Made by a program: the position numbers and the translations under genes. A stretch of DNA of 63,186 nt, filler included, from Octopus bimaculoides (Eukaryota), in the NCBI RefSeq assembly GCF_001194135.2. It is 5 parts of 5 records of this genome, joined end to end, with 100 filler letters (N's around TTAATTAATTAA, not from the genome) between each part and the next. Parts side by side here need not be neighbours in the genome. Positions count along the whole stretch, not along the records: positions 1 to 21,949 come from NC_068991.1; positions 22,050 to 41,043 come from NC_069005.1; 3 more parts are not named here. One strand, 5' to 3'. Under the pieces are notes generated by a model. The model saw only the letters and a program-made list of their open reading frames with translations, searched no databases and was not told the origin of the DNA. Positions 14,677 through 26,940 of the stretch are shown here, piece by piece. The first letter of the stretch is position 1. The number at the start of each line of letters is the position of its first letter.

Positions 14677-14905
14677 GTGTAAGAGAGTGAATGATACGCA
14701 CACACAGTGACCGCACGCTGTGGTTGCGCGCGATTGCATATTTTATATTCTACATTAGAAAACATTGAAGTGCTCAACATACACTTGCAGGAAAGCATGC
14801 AGGGTTAGGTATATATAGTGTTTGTACTTTATATCGTAATTATACTATTAAATCAGTTCCTATCTTCTACACCGTTCTCACACACAAACACGCGCAAACG
14901 CACAT

Positions 14906-14945
<40 letters not shown>

Positions 14946-16189
14946 AAGAGAGAGCGAGCGAAAGTGAATGTAAGTGTGTGTATGTATGTTCTCTGACATA
15001 GTCGACTGAGTAAAACTTAGGATGTCTTCAACGGCACCACTCTTAAGCTCCATTTCCACTCATTTATTGTCTTCAGACAAACTCTATTTTCAGTCGCACT
15101 CCACCTTCACTCATAACCTATCTACGCAGATAAAATAGATTGATTTTAAATAGTCAAAACTAAGTTCCATATTAGAACCTAGATGGCGGGTATATGCCAC
15201 CAGAAACTTATTTCTCCTTTATCATTGGTCACCTTTTAATCACTTTCTTTTAGGGAATAATTTGTAGGAACAACGTAAGATAGTTTCAGTTGTGAGGTGA
15301 AAAACAAATAACCATCTGGGTTCATTTTCAGATTCTCTCAGCTTCCCTGTACTTTAATAAATGGTAATTAGAGTTCGTTAGCCGGGGAGCGAGGACTCAC
15401 CCATCTAGGGGAAAGAAAATCCTGATTCCAAACTTCTACTACTTTGCGGCCATCTCTAGGTATGGGAAAGGCTTCGGGAGGAAACCCTGAGGAAAAATCA
15501 GGTATCAGATTCCCTGAGGCAGATCGACGTTTCTATCACCTCGTTCTAGCAAACTTCTGTGACAGCACTGGAGCCAAATTGTAATGGCTGCGCTGTTTCT
15601 TTGAATCCACCCGTGATGTAGAAAGGGTAACAACTTGTCCTTCATGCCATACTGCTCTGGCTGAGATCATCGAACACCGCAACTTAAGCTGTTAAAAAGG
15701 CAGAATAAGAAGACAGCATTCTGCGAACCAAGAACTGGAGTATGTCTGGGAAGCATTTTATGACAATCGAGTGCTGTATCTTCGTTAGAGCGGTACAGCA
15801 GTTGTGTATTACGGCTTAAGGTAATTTACAGTAGAAACTCATGGGTTTTGTTAATAGTTTACATTTGTTTAAAATCAAGACAACTTTGATCCAACAAACA
15901 GAACAATTTTCAGAGGCTCGTTCCAGCAGTGACCATTCCGCCTTATCTCAGATTATATTCTCTTAAATACTCTTGCCTTCTTTAAAAAAAACTCGGCATT
16001 TGTTTTTTGTTTTTTTTTTTGCAGATTGAGTGATTACTTAAACGTTTCCTGTCTGGCTCACAACTGTATTTTTTGTTTCTTTTTCTTTTTCTGTTACGAA
16101 TATTACATTGGTTATAGTAGCCAAACACTAGAGCACAATAACTAAACATTGGTGTGACCAAACTATGGAGCACAGTGGTACAATCATTG

Positions 16190-16390
16190 TAATCACTTGC
16201 TCTACTAGAAATAGCTGCAAGACTGCACTGAAATCAGTCCCTGCCGTTTTAGGAAATGACTCATTGAATGATGTGATCTTGGTTTCCCTCTACTTAAGGA
16301 AAGACGTGATTGTCTAAGCTGGAATGTCTCTGAATATAAGTTTGCTCGATCAAAACTGAACCGATGCTAAACAACAACTACGACAACAAC
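16190..16390 (+). mobile_element. Dispersed repeat family E, (AAC)n-tailed
   Basis: ctagaaatagc.gc.aa motif; reverse-complement atttggctgctatttctagca copies near 2430, 21530, 38975, 42130, 58745. Confidence 0.55.
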
Positions 16391-16994
16391 CTTCATAACG
16401 TTATTACTGCAACATGGGGGAGTCCTTAACTCTGTCATCTACTCGACACAAAATAGAGAGAGATAGAAAGAGAGATGGAGAGTGAGAGAGAGAGAGAGTA
16501 GATATGTGTGGTGACAGAGAGAGAGAGTAGATGTGTGAGAGGGGAGAGAGATGGGTGTATGGAAATGACAGAAAATACGTGAGGAAGGAAAAGAGAGAAA
16601 GAGATAAAGAGAGTGTATATAAGAGAGACCAAAGGGAGAAAGAGAGAGTGTGAGATTGTGTGAGAGAAGGAGAGAAAGAGGAGGAAGAGAGGAAGGATGG
16701 GACGGAGGGAAGAAGGGTTGAGGTAGACGGGTTGAGGAGAAGATAGTAAAATATGTGCAACTTCCATTGCCTCTCTCAGCCAATCGGTTCCAATAAATCT
16801 GGCTAAAGCGAGGCTGTCACGCAACGATCGAGTCCATCTCATGTCACCGCTGCGGTCATCATCTCAGTTTTTAGATCGATCATACATGAATAGGCAGGGG
16901 CAGTAAACCGGATGTTAACATAGTCTGTCTTTTGGTTGACATATTTCACTGTCCCACCTTAAAGCAAGCCCATCCTTGCTGCACACACACACAT

Positions 16995-17025
<31 letters not shown>

Positions 17026-17050
17026 TTACATACATACATACATACATACA

Positions 17051-17107
17051 TGGTAAATATCCCCGCCTGTCACACGGGAAACCGGGGTTCGATTTCCCGC
17101 CGAGGAG
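17051..17107 (+). pseudogene. 5'-truncated tRNA-Asp(GTC) pseudogene
   Basis: TGGTAAATATCCCCGCCTGTCACACGGGAAACCGGGGTTCGATTTCCCGCCGAGGAG matches eukaryotic tRNA-Asp from the D loop onward; anticodon at 17069-17071; 5' acceptor strand and A box replaced by (CATA)n; mismatch in the anticodon stem. Confidence 0.85.
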
Positions 17108-20100
17108 TTGGTATATACTTCAGGAGCAGGTGTGGTAAGAAGTTTGCTTCCCAACTACATGGTTCCAGGTTCAGTCCCAATGCGTGGCACTTTGGGCAGG
17201 TAAGTGTCTTCTACTATAGCCTCGGGCCAACCAAAGCCTCTGAGTGGATTTGGTAGACGGAAACTGAAAGAAGCCCGTCGTGTATATATCCCTTTCTGTT
17301 TTTCTCTCCCACCCTTTCCCTATTCTTCTCCTCTCCCTTTCACCGTTCCCTCTCTCGCTCTCTTTTTCACTCTTCCTCTTTGACTCTCTCGTTTCTCACA
17401 CGTGACTAACGACCACTCTTTCTTCCACTTCCTTCCTAAAGACAAGACGTACTTTTATGTCTCTTCTCAAAGCTCGTTTTTCCAGCGTTCAGCACTTCAC
17501 ATCGTCTTGGCTCAACAATCCTCACCGTTTGTTTTTACTGTTTTGCTCTCATTGTCCTGTTTTTGTTACCACTTTAACCCTTCGCAAAATATCCCAAATT
17601 TTATTTAATTTGCTTTGCGGGAAGGAATATTTTAACGAAATCGCGTCTTGTCTTTAGCTACGAAATGTGGCGTTGATAAAACAGGGGACAACTGATGAAG
17701 GGAATGTTTTTTTATGTTGCATGTCTCGTTTCTCTGTTTGTTTTTTTTTTTTTTTTTTTTTCGTTGTTCGAAAAAAGTTCGTTTTCTATGTTTTTGTTTT
17801 TTATGTTCTCCTTTCTCATTCTGTCTCGTTTCTTTTTTTTTTTAAAGTTCTATACCCATATATGCATGTATATATACATATATATATGTAGGTATGTGCA
17901 TATATATATGTATATATATATATGCATATGTTTNNNNNNNNNNNNNNNNNNNNNNNNNNNNNNNNNNNNNNNNNNNNNNNNNNNNNNNNNNNNNNNNNNN
18001 NNNNNNNNNNNNNNNNNNNNNNNNNNNNNNNNNNNNNNNNNNNNNNNNNNNNNNNNNNNNNNNNNNNNNNNNNNNNNNNNNNNNNNNNNNNNNNNNNNNN
18101 NNNNNNNNNNNNNNNNNNNNNNNNNNNNNNNNNNNNNNNNNNNNNNNNNNNNNNNNNNNNNNNNNNNNNNNNNNNNNNNNNNNNNNNNNNNNNNNNNNNN
18201 NNNNNNNNNNNNNNNNNNNNNNNNNNNNNNNNNNNNNNNNNNNNNNNNNNNNNNNNNNNNNNNNNNNNNNNNNNNNNNNNNNNNNNNNNNNNNNNNNNNN
18301 NNNNNNNNNNNNNNNNNNNNNNNNNNNNNNNNNNNNNNNNNNNNNNNNNNNNNNNNNNNNNNNNNNNNNNNNNNNNNNNNNNNNNNNNNNNNNNNNNNNN
18401 NNNNNNNNNNNNNNNNNNNNNNNNNNNNNNNNNNNNNNNNNNNNNNNNNNNNNNNNNNNNNNNNNNNNNNNNNNNNNNNNNNNNNNNNNNNNNNNNNNNN
18501 NNNNNNNNNNNNNNNNNNNNNNNNNNNNNNNNNNNNNNNNNNNNNNNNNNNNNNNNNNNNNNNNNNNNNNNNNNNNNNNNNNNNNNNNNNNNNNNNNNNN
18601 NNNNNNNNNNNNNNNNNNNNNNNNNNNNNNNNNNNNNNNNNNNNNNNNNNNNNNNNNNNNNNNNNNNNNNNNNNNNNNNNNNNTATATATATCCGACGGA
18701 CTTCTTTCATTTTCGTCTACCAAAGCCACTCACAAGGCTTTGGTCGGCCTAAGGCTATAGTAGAAGACACCTGCCCAAAGTGACACGCAGTGGGACTGAA
18801 CCCGAAACCATGTGGTTGGTAACCAGGTTATTTACCACACAGCCGCCCCTGCGCCTAGTTGAAATTTACAGAAAAACAAGGCAAAAACAGGTGCATGAAC
18901 AACAAGCAGGTGTATTAGTTAGTTAGTTAGTTTGTGTGTGTGCGCGTGCGTTTGTTTGTGCTTGTCTCCCTGCCATCACTTGACAACCGAGGCTAGTGTG
19001 TTTACATCCCCGTAACTTAACGGTTCGGAAAAAGAGACCGATAGTATATGTACTAGGCTTACAAAGAATAAATCCTGGGGTCGATTTCTTCGACTAACAC
19101 CATTTTAGGCGGTGCTCCAGCATGACCGCAGTCAAATGACTGAAGCAAGTAAAAAGAATAAAAAGAATATAAAACAAAAACCGCCGCCACCACCATCAAC
19201 CAAAACACCTCCATCACTACCACTATCAGTACCATCAATCTCACCGTCACTATGACCACGATCGGCAGTGCCATTAACACCACCATCACCATCGTCAGTA
19301 TCACCGCCATACTCACCACCACCAACATCGCCATCACCATCATCACGAGCATCACCACAGCCATTACCACCCACGTGACATTACATGTTTTTTTTTTTTC
19401 TGTCACGTCCGTCCAACGTTCAGTTGAGACAATCAGAAGAGAGAAAGAGAGAAACTGAGAGAAATATAACAAATAAGCAACAACAAAACAACCATAAATA
19501 AATAAATATAACTGCCACCCCCTCATCTATCATCTCCACCGTCACCACCGTTGCTGCTTGCCAACCGCCTGAATACCCACACCGCTTCCCTCCTTTCACT
19601 GGCTCACTCCAAGGTAAGGTAGGTAGATTGTGTAGGTAAGTCGGTTGGTTGTAGCCAGAAAGAGAAGTGAGATGGCGTCAAATGGTCAACTTCCAGCTGA
19701 GAAGTGACTGACGGTGGTCATTTAAGCACACTGTCTACCTACAGCATTGGAACTGGACATTTTAAACCATCTACAGCCAGCCGCAACAGTTGCTGCGAAA
19801 CTATTACCATATCTCTATATTTCCCCCACCATCATTATTACCAACACCAACACCAACACCAACATATCACCCATTTGAGCGAAGTAGTTGAGATGGTGAT
19901 ATAGTGGCGATATAGTCAGTTTTAATCCTGGGGGAGAGTGGGTGTTATGCACTAGCGTAGATGGGGGTGGTAGGAGCAGCACTTTTGGGTCTGTTGTAGG
20001 CAATATGTTTTTTTGAGGGGTATGCAAATGAGTGTATGTTTGTTTGTGTGTGTGTGTATGTGTTTATGTGTGTGTGAGTGAGTAATTAACTGACCATCCA

Positions 20101-20213
20101 GTAAAGGCAGTAATTGTGTCACAATAACTCCATTACATACAATTTTAACAACAACAGGTGAAGATGTGTGGATTAATGGTTGAGATATTCGGCTCACGAT
20201 CGTAAAGTTCCAT

Positions 20214-20799
20214 GGATCTTTTTTAAAACGGGGGCCACATTTTTCATTAACGAAACACTTTGAAACTTGGAACACTGGTAGAATGTGTCATATAAAACAT
20301 CTTTTTCTCTTAGTCTTCTTAAAAAAAAAAAGAAATCCCTAAGTTATTCCATGTTAAAGTTGTCGTATTTCTGTAATTTCAACCAATCACTGACGTCCAT
20401 TCAGCCGATATACATTAAGTGCCGACTACATAAACAAACGATTCTGAAACAATTAACCCTAACCCTAACCCTAACCCTAAGGTTAGGGTTAGGGTTAGGG
20501 TTAGGGTTAAAGCAAATTTAAAATGAAAAAAGCAAATAAAACGAAGGTATGGAGATTAAATACGCTTTACATCGCTTCATCAGCCAAAGGAGTAAATATA
20601 AACAACTGAATACTTGTCAGTGATTGGTTGAAATTATCGAAATAAGACAATTTTTTACATGAAATAAATTCGAATACAAAAATATTTTTCTGTTCTATAA
20701 CACAAAATAGATAAGTATACGAAGTTTGAAAGTCTTTCCGTACCAAAAACACTACGTAAAACATTAATGAAAAATGTGGCCCCCTTTTAAAATAGATCC
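20214..20799. mobile_element. Fold-back/MITE-like element nested in a tRNA-derived SINE
   Basis: About 38-bp terminal inverted repeats (ggatct.ttttaaaa.gggggccacatttttcattaa); inner inverted arms share a perfect 21-mer taatttcaaccaatcactgac (20374-20394 / 20616-20636); SINE head on the left, SINE body on the right. Confidence 0.72.
20453..20510. repeat. Interstitial inverted telomeric cassette TTAA-(CCCTAA)4-GG-(TTAGGG)4-TTAA
   Basis: Perfect 28-bp inverted repeat (20453-20480 / 20483-20510) with a GG spacer, read directly. Confidence 0.95.
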
Positions 20800-21912
20800 C
20801 AGCACATTGTGTTCTTGAGCAAGACACTTTACTTCACGTCGCTACAGTCCACTCAGCTGGCAAAAAATAGTAGTACCTACATTTGAAAGGGGGAAGCCTT
20901 GTCACACTCTGTGTTACGCTGAATATCCCTGAGAACTACGTGGAATGCTCAGTCACTTGCACATTAATTTCACGAGCAGGCCGTTCCATTGATCGGATCA
21001 ACTGAAACACTCGTCTTCGTAGCTAAAGAAGTGACAGTTAACAACAACAATACAAAAATAAATTAGTTTCTAGTTCACTGAGATGTAGCTGATTGAAATT
21101 GGGCAGCTCTACCCCTGTATATGAGTATATAACATTTACTTCATAATGGATATATAAGAAATATTTTATAGCGAATAGCGACAGAGGCAATATTAATACC
21201 AAGCGGTAATATCTATCTCCACTTAAACGTGGACGTTCTGTTAGAACAAACTATACTGCGGTAGATAGCATGAGAGAAACTTCCATATTGGCTTTTGGCG
21301 CGATGTACACTCTTGTTTATATCGCTAGTGAGGAGATAAATCCCCGCTCTACCTCAAGAAAATTTGACCCAGGTCTTCATCATGTTGTTGTGGTTAAACC
21401 ATAAATGAATTCGTATTCAACAGAGCTACGATCAAAGGCTTTCCAGTAATGACCATCATGTCTTCTTCATTGAACAGATAACATTATTCAATCTCCATTG
21501 TTTTATGGTATAGGGTGTGATGTGAGGGTGATTTGAATGATTCTTCTAGCATGTTGGTCGACCACGAAAAAGGTCCCTATTTGGCTACGACGGGTATCAA
21601 ACTCGTTTGACTTTTGAAGCATGAACTAGATATCACGGGCCAGGGTGAGACAACTATTCCTGTTCACAATGCAGACTAAATTAGATTGATGTCATTGAAC
21701 CAAGGTGTGTGTGTGTGCGCGCGTGCGCGAGCGAGCGTGCACACATATATAAATAAATATGTATTTATATATAGATGTGGCTGTATGAAAAGCTTGCTTC
21801 CCAGCCACATGGTTCCGGGTTCAGTCACATCGTGTGGCACTTTGGGGAAGTGTCTTATATTTATAACCTCGAGCTGACCGGATTTGTCAGATGAAAACTA
21901 AAAGAAGCCCGT

Positions 21913-21949
<37 letters not shown>

Positions 21950-22049
21950 NNNNNNNNNNNNNNNNNNNNNNNNNNNNNNNNNNNNNNNNNNNNTTAATTA
22001 ATTAANNNNNNNNNNNNNNNNNNNNNNNNNNNNNNNNNNNNNNNNNNNN
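21950..22049. other. Artificial scaffold-join spacer (44 N + TTAATTAATTAA + 44 N)
   Basis: Exactly 100 nt; identical design at four positions; stop codons in all six frames. Confidence 0.95.
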
Positions 22050-22701
22050 AGAGTCTTCTTTAATCATTTCACCACCGGAGAAGATTGGAAGAAATCCTTT
22101 CTGCAATATGAACACATATTTATCTGAGTTTATGTTTCCCTCACACTCCACCAGTTCTAATCAACCATTGCTCTAAATTCCTCCCCAGACCATCACAGAA
22201 TAGCTGCCATGTTTCATTGTTGGCTGCAAAATTCTTGATCACAGAGTCTCCAGATCCACACTCGACCACCGTGAGGAAATACAGCGAATCTGGACTCATC
22301 AAAGAATATGACAGTGTCCCAAAATGCTAGTGGCCTCTCCACCATCTCATTGGCCCCATCTTTTCTTCGCTTGATGTTAGCTGGTCGAAAAAGTGGCTTC
22401 CTTTTTGCTGCTCTGCTATAGTAGCCAAGTTTGTGGAGATATCTGACAGCTGTTCTGGGACGGACATCAGCTTGTTCTGCTATGTCAGAGGCCTTACAAT
22501 GGGGATTATCCTCCACACTTCACTTAACAAAGCAAAGGCTCCTGTCAGAGGGCCCTGGTTGACTTGGGCAAGGTGATGTGGACTCCTTCCTCCTCTGGTG
22601 AATTGTACAATCACCCTATTCACTGTAGAAAGCAGGATCCTAATTTTACACAATTTTATGCTAAGTCCACCTACAATATGGCCTCTATTAAATTTGGACA
22701 C
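22050..22701 (-). mobile_element. Tc1-family transposase remnant cut by the assembly spacer
   Basis: RTAVRYLHKLGYYSRAAKRKPL...FWDTVIFFDESRF...GRVWIWR includes the first catalytic Asp block; frameshifted. Confidence 0.88.
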
Positions 22702-23324
22702 TTCCGAGGTTCCTTTTGTATGTGGTATGATTAAACAGTCACATATAGTAAAGAATTAAAGAAATACGATTAAACAGTCTCATATAGAACCTGAAACATA
22801 AAAATCATCATCATTGTTTAACGTTTGCTTTCCATGCTGGCATGGGTTGGACAGTTTGACTGAGGACTGGCAAGCAAGGAGGCTGCACAAGGCTCAAACC
22901 TGATCTGGCAAGGTTTCTACAGCTGGATGCCCTTCCTAACGCCAACCACTCTGAGAGTGTAGTGGGTGGTTTTTATGTGCCACTGGCATGGGGGCCCTTC
23001 AGGTGGCATTGGCATCAACCACACCTGAATGGTGCTTTTTACATGTCACTGGCATGGGAGCCAGTCAGGCGGCACTGGCATTGGCCACGACTATGATTTC
23101 ACTTGACTCAACAGGTTTTCTCAAGCACAGCATGTTGTCTGATGATTGAAGGGTACTTTTAAACAGTCTGAGAAAATATAAACCTTTTCAAGTTAAAATA
23201 AACATAAAACAATGTCTATTTACTTCTGTCATGTTTGTGTATCTATAAATATATGTGTGTGTCTATGTGTCGATGTTTGTCCTCTGTCCATTGCTTGATA
23301 ACCGATGAACTCCTACCTGAACAC

Positions 23325-23760
23325 TAAATCCGTTGCTATACTCACTGCTGATTTTCACCTCAGCGACAGCATCCCCGTACATGGCTTGGACAGCTCTCAC
23401 CAGTCCTTCATCTACCCTTAGCTTCTACGCCAACCACCAGATGAGACAGAGAGAGACCCTATCAAAAGCTTTTACCCATATTGACAAATACCAAGAACAG
23501 CAGTTTACTTTTCACTCAATGCTTCCCTTGCAGGTTGTCTTACCATGAAGACAGCCTCACTAGTTCTTCTCCCTGACACAAAATCGAACAGCATCTCATC
23601 TACGCCAATTCTCTTCCTAATTACTTAAGCTATGACACTTCCTCTAACTTTGGTCCACCAATTTGATTCCTCAATAATTATCACCGTTGACTATGATTCT
23701 GCTACAGCAGTTATTGGCTTACAATATCTTCCTGGACAATCTGTTTAACTATTTCGGTGA
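23325..23760 (-). mobile_element. RTE-like LINE reverse transcriptase fragment, degenerate
   Basis: VDEMLFDFVSGRRTSEAVFMVRQ...KAFDRV...WWLA*KLRVDEGLVRAVQAMY matches RT subdomains of RTE-clade LINEs. Confidence 0.8.
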
Positions 23761-25828
23761 CCACACCACGTTTCATTCCACCACACATATATATCGTTGT
23801 CGTCCTCATTTAACATCCACTTTCCATGCTGGCATAATACTTGTCAGTATGTGTGTGTATATATATTTTTTTCTTTTACTTGTTTCAATCATTTGACTGC
23901 AGCCATGCTGGGGCATGGGGCCTTCAGCCGAAGAAATTGATCCCGGGGAGGTAGCGACGATAAGATGTAAGGGAAACAACTCTGCCAAAATTAAATTTCT
24001 CATTTACCGGGAACCCTCGGTGGGAACGTAGGTCAAAGCTGGCAACGATACACCTAGAAAATAGAAAGGGATTTCCAGACGCTGTCACAGATGGGTACTT
24101 CTCCATGGCCCCTTTATCCTTACCTATTTATGAGTGAAGCCCAGCCACTTACATGATAAGGTGCAGCGTATAGCTATCACATGAATACAAGTCATCCGTC
24201 AGCACATACATATATACACTCACCAACCAATTCTGATAGAAGGACAGGAGCGGGCATCTTGCAGTAAGGGGGTAGATGGAGATGGCTACCCCAGCTGGAA
24301 AAGAGAGAGAGAGGAAAGGGGGCAGCGAGAGAAGGGGGTGAAGTTGTAGGGGGTGCGTATAAGTGAAATGGTACGGAAGACCGGACAGGGTGATAAACTG
24401 AAGATAGCAGAGTTTGAAGCAGGTTCTTTTAGTTTCTTAATGTGAACAGGAAGGCCATCCAGCCATGGAAACAATGTCAAAGACACTGAAACAAGATGCG
24501 GTTCTCTCATCTGTCGGCTCTTGTTGTCCTGTTCAACTGATGCCTTCATGGAAAATGGACGACGATGCTGATAAAATGACTTATCCGAAGGGGTTAACGC
24601 AGATGTATAACTTTTTATGAAAGTTTCCTACAGACTCCTAAAGGCCCTGCAAAACTACAAGATATCTGGGGGGGGGGGGACTAGAGTGATGCATGGCTTT
24701 TAGCTTTACACTGTGGCAAATGTAAACGACTTTTTATAGGAAAAGTGATAAATGAGGAAAAGAGCTAAGAACTGTACCAAACTGTTATTCAGAAAACAAA
24801 TAAAGGGAAATATTTATTAGGAGAGAGAAGAAAAAAGCTAAAAATTATTGAACATAATATGGCAAAAGATAAAGAAGGCAAATCTAGGTATAACACCAAC
24901 GTTCCAGACACTTATGGTTCAGAACTTCTTGTAATCGGTGCTAATTTACAAAGAGGAACTTCAAATTCTTGCAACCACCAGACTAGTTTGTTGGTACCTT
25001 GCATAGTACAATGTTAATAAAGTTGTATGATTTATACTAATGTACAGTTACCTGGATTTCATTTAATTATTTAATATTTGTTTAATTTAGAATGTGTTGA
25101 CCTAGGTGACCTCCACCCCATGTTTGGAAAAAAATCAGTTATCTGGAGAGGCTATGGAATCAAAAGTTTTAGAAAATTGATGTATCTGTAGGATATTGTG
25201 CATAAAAGGATGAATTTTTAAACACATAAACATGAAAACATTTCCACGTGTTTTACAAAATCAAGAACCCATTGAGATCCTTCAATTCTTCTGGGAAAAA
25301 CTGAATTACTAAGAAAATGCTACCTGTATAGAAAGACCTGGCATATGTAGAATATAACAAGGAATTGACCTAACTGTGGTTTAGAGAGTGAAGAAAAATA
25401 TTTAGAGATTACAATGGTCAGGAATATTATTGACAGAAAGAGTACAATTATGAGTACAAGTGAGGTCGTCTGAAAGATTTCTTGAGTAATACTACTTGAC
25501 AGGGAAGGTGCGTGGATTACTGGCTAGACTGTCTGGTTCACAATAAATCCACTCACCTGGAAAAAATGAGTTGTACCTGTAATTCAAAGGGGACCAGCTT
25601 CATCACATTCTGTGTTATGCTGAATCTCCCTGAGAACTATATTAAAGGTATGTGTGTCTGTGGAGTGCTCAGCCACTTGCATGTTAATTTCATAAGCAGG
25701 CCATCCTGTTGATCATAACTAATAGAGAGCCTTAAATGTGACAAGGTGCAGAGCCCAGGGAGCAGAGAATATTTCCAAGTTAAGCCACATTGAGGGGTCA
25801 CCACTCCATTATGATATGAATGTTGCAG

Positions 25829-25980
25829 CACAGAATTGCAAGACAGATTCTTCAAGCTGAGCCAAACTGACAGCAGACCTAGGGGTAGTCCAAGAATGAG
25901 ATGGTTGGTCGTGTTTGGGAATCCAGCCAGATAAATGACTGCTGCTTCTGACAGGACCCTATGGAGGAGGTACCCGAGGA
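25829..25980 (+). mobile_element. LINE ORF C-terminal remnant, RTE-like
   Basis: HRIARQILQAEP...RPRGSPRMRWL...AASDRTLWRR resembles the RPxGRPRxRW...A.DR..WR end of RTE ORFs. Confidence 0.55.
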
Positions 25981-26549
25981 CTCCACCTGCATAACCCTTT
26001 CAGGTGGAAAAGATGGGTGGATGAAATAGGAAAGGAAGGCTACAAAATGAGAAAAGGGGAAGCGAAAATGTAAGAAATTTGAAATTTTTTTTTAGAAAAA
26101 AAAATTCAAAACATTTCTTTTTAAATGAAACACAAGAATACGAAAACTTTAAGAACGACCATAGTGCTGAGGAATAAAAATAAAAAGAATAGACAATGAA
26201 CCCTTCCTCAATTTCTTACCTTTTTCTTTCTTCATGAGTCTTTTTAAGAATGTTACTGTTTATTTGAGAATAAATTTCGAACAAGGAAAAACAAAGATTG
26301 TGTGACGTTGATATAAAGTTTCGTTTTGGGATTTGGTTTGCAAGAATCTTTATATGAGTTCGTGTGTTGAAGCATGTTCTGTTGTGTCAAGGCACTGGAA
26401 GAGAATGACTCCCCCACCGCAGACACAACATAATATAAAGTTTGCTGGAGAAGAACAGAAGTGAGTGAGTGAGAGAGAGAGAGATAGATAGATAGAGAGA
26501 GGGGGGGAAGAAAGGTTGGTAAGGGAGATAAATCTGGTGTGTAGTAATA

Positions 26550-26561
26550 TTTCGCGGGAAA
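26550..26561. promoter_or_regulatory. Overlapping E2F-type site TTTCGCGGGAAA upstream of CHTF18
   Basis: Minus strand reads TTTCCCGCGAAA, matching TTTSSCGC; about 320 nt upstream of the ATG of an S-phase gene. Confidence 0.45.
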
Positions 26562-26882
26562 ATGAATTTCTAGAAATCAGCTGTAAACAAGCTGAGTGCG
26601 ATGATGCTAGGCCTGTGTTTGTAGATAGTGTAACAGCTATATACTCACGGAGATGGATACATGACATATAATCAATATATAGAAATACTTTGCTTCCGAA
26701 AGAAGTGTGATTTAATAACCAAAACACAAACACGATGTAGGTACTATCGATCCTACGACGATGTATTTGTAGGTTTCATATCTGTTCACTCATCCCCAAA
26801 CACACACACACACGCACGTATACCTACCTTTATATATAAAACTTGGATTTTAGGAAATAAGAGTGGATAAACAGTTACAAAA

Positions 26883-26940
26883 ATGGATGAGTTTGAATTA
26901 ATGTACGCCGACGAAATGCAAGCGATGGACGATTTAGAAG
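26883..26940 (+). CDS. CHTF18: CHTF18 coding exon 1 (MDEFELMYADEMQAMDDLE)
   Basis: ATG in aaaaATGg context with an in-frame TAA 12 nt upstream; GTAAGT donor, phase 1; resembles the acidic N-terminus of metazoan Ctf18 as recalled. Confidence 0.8.

Noticed and set aside
15370-15720. Possible RTE 5' UTR with an HDV-like ribozyme
   Set aside because: GC-richer repeat-like sequence, but I could not fold a nested double pseudoknot by eye; needs an Infernal or RNArobo search.
20453-20510. Ancestral telomere-telomere fusion scar
   Set aside because: Orientation is CCCTAA then TTAGGG, the reverse of a fusion junction, and the cassette sits inside a dispersed-repeat-like fold-back.
20555-20585. CTGATGAAG on minus inside the fold-back element (similar words at 17692, 39341, 43206)
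   Set aside because: No downstream GAAA box or supporting stems.
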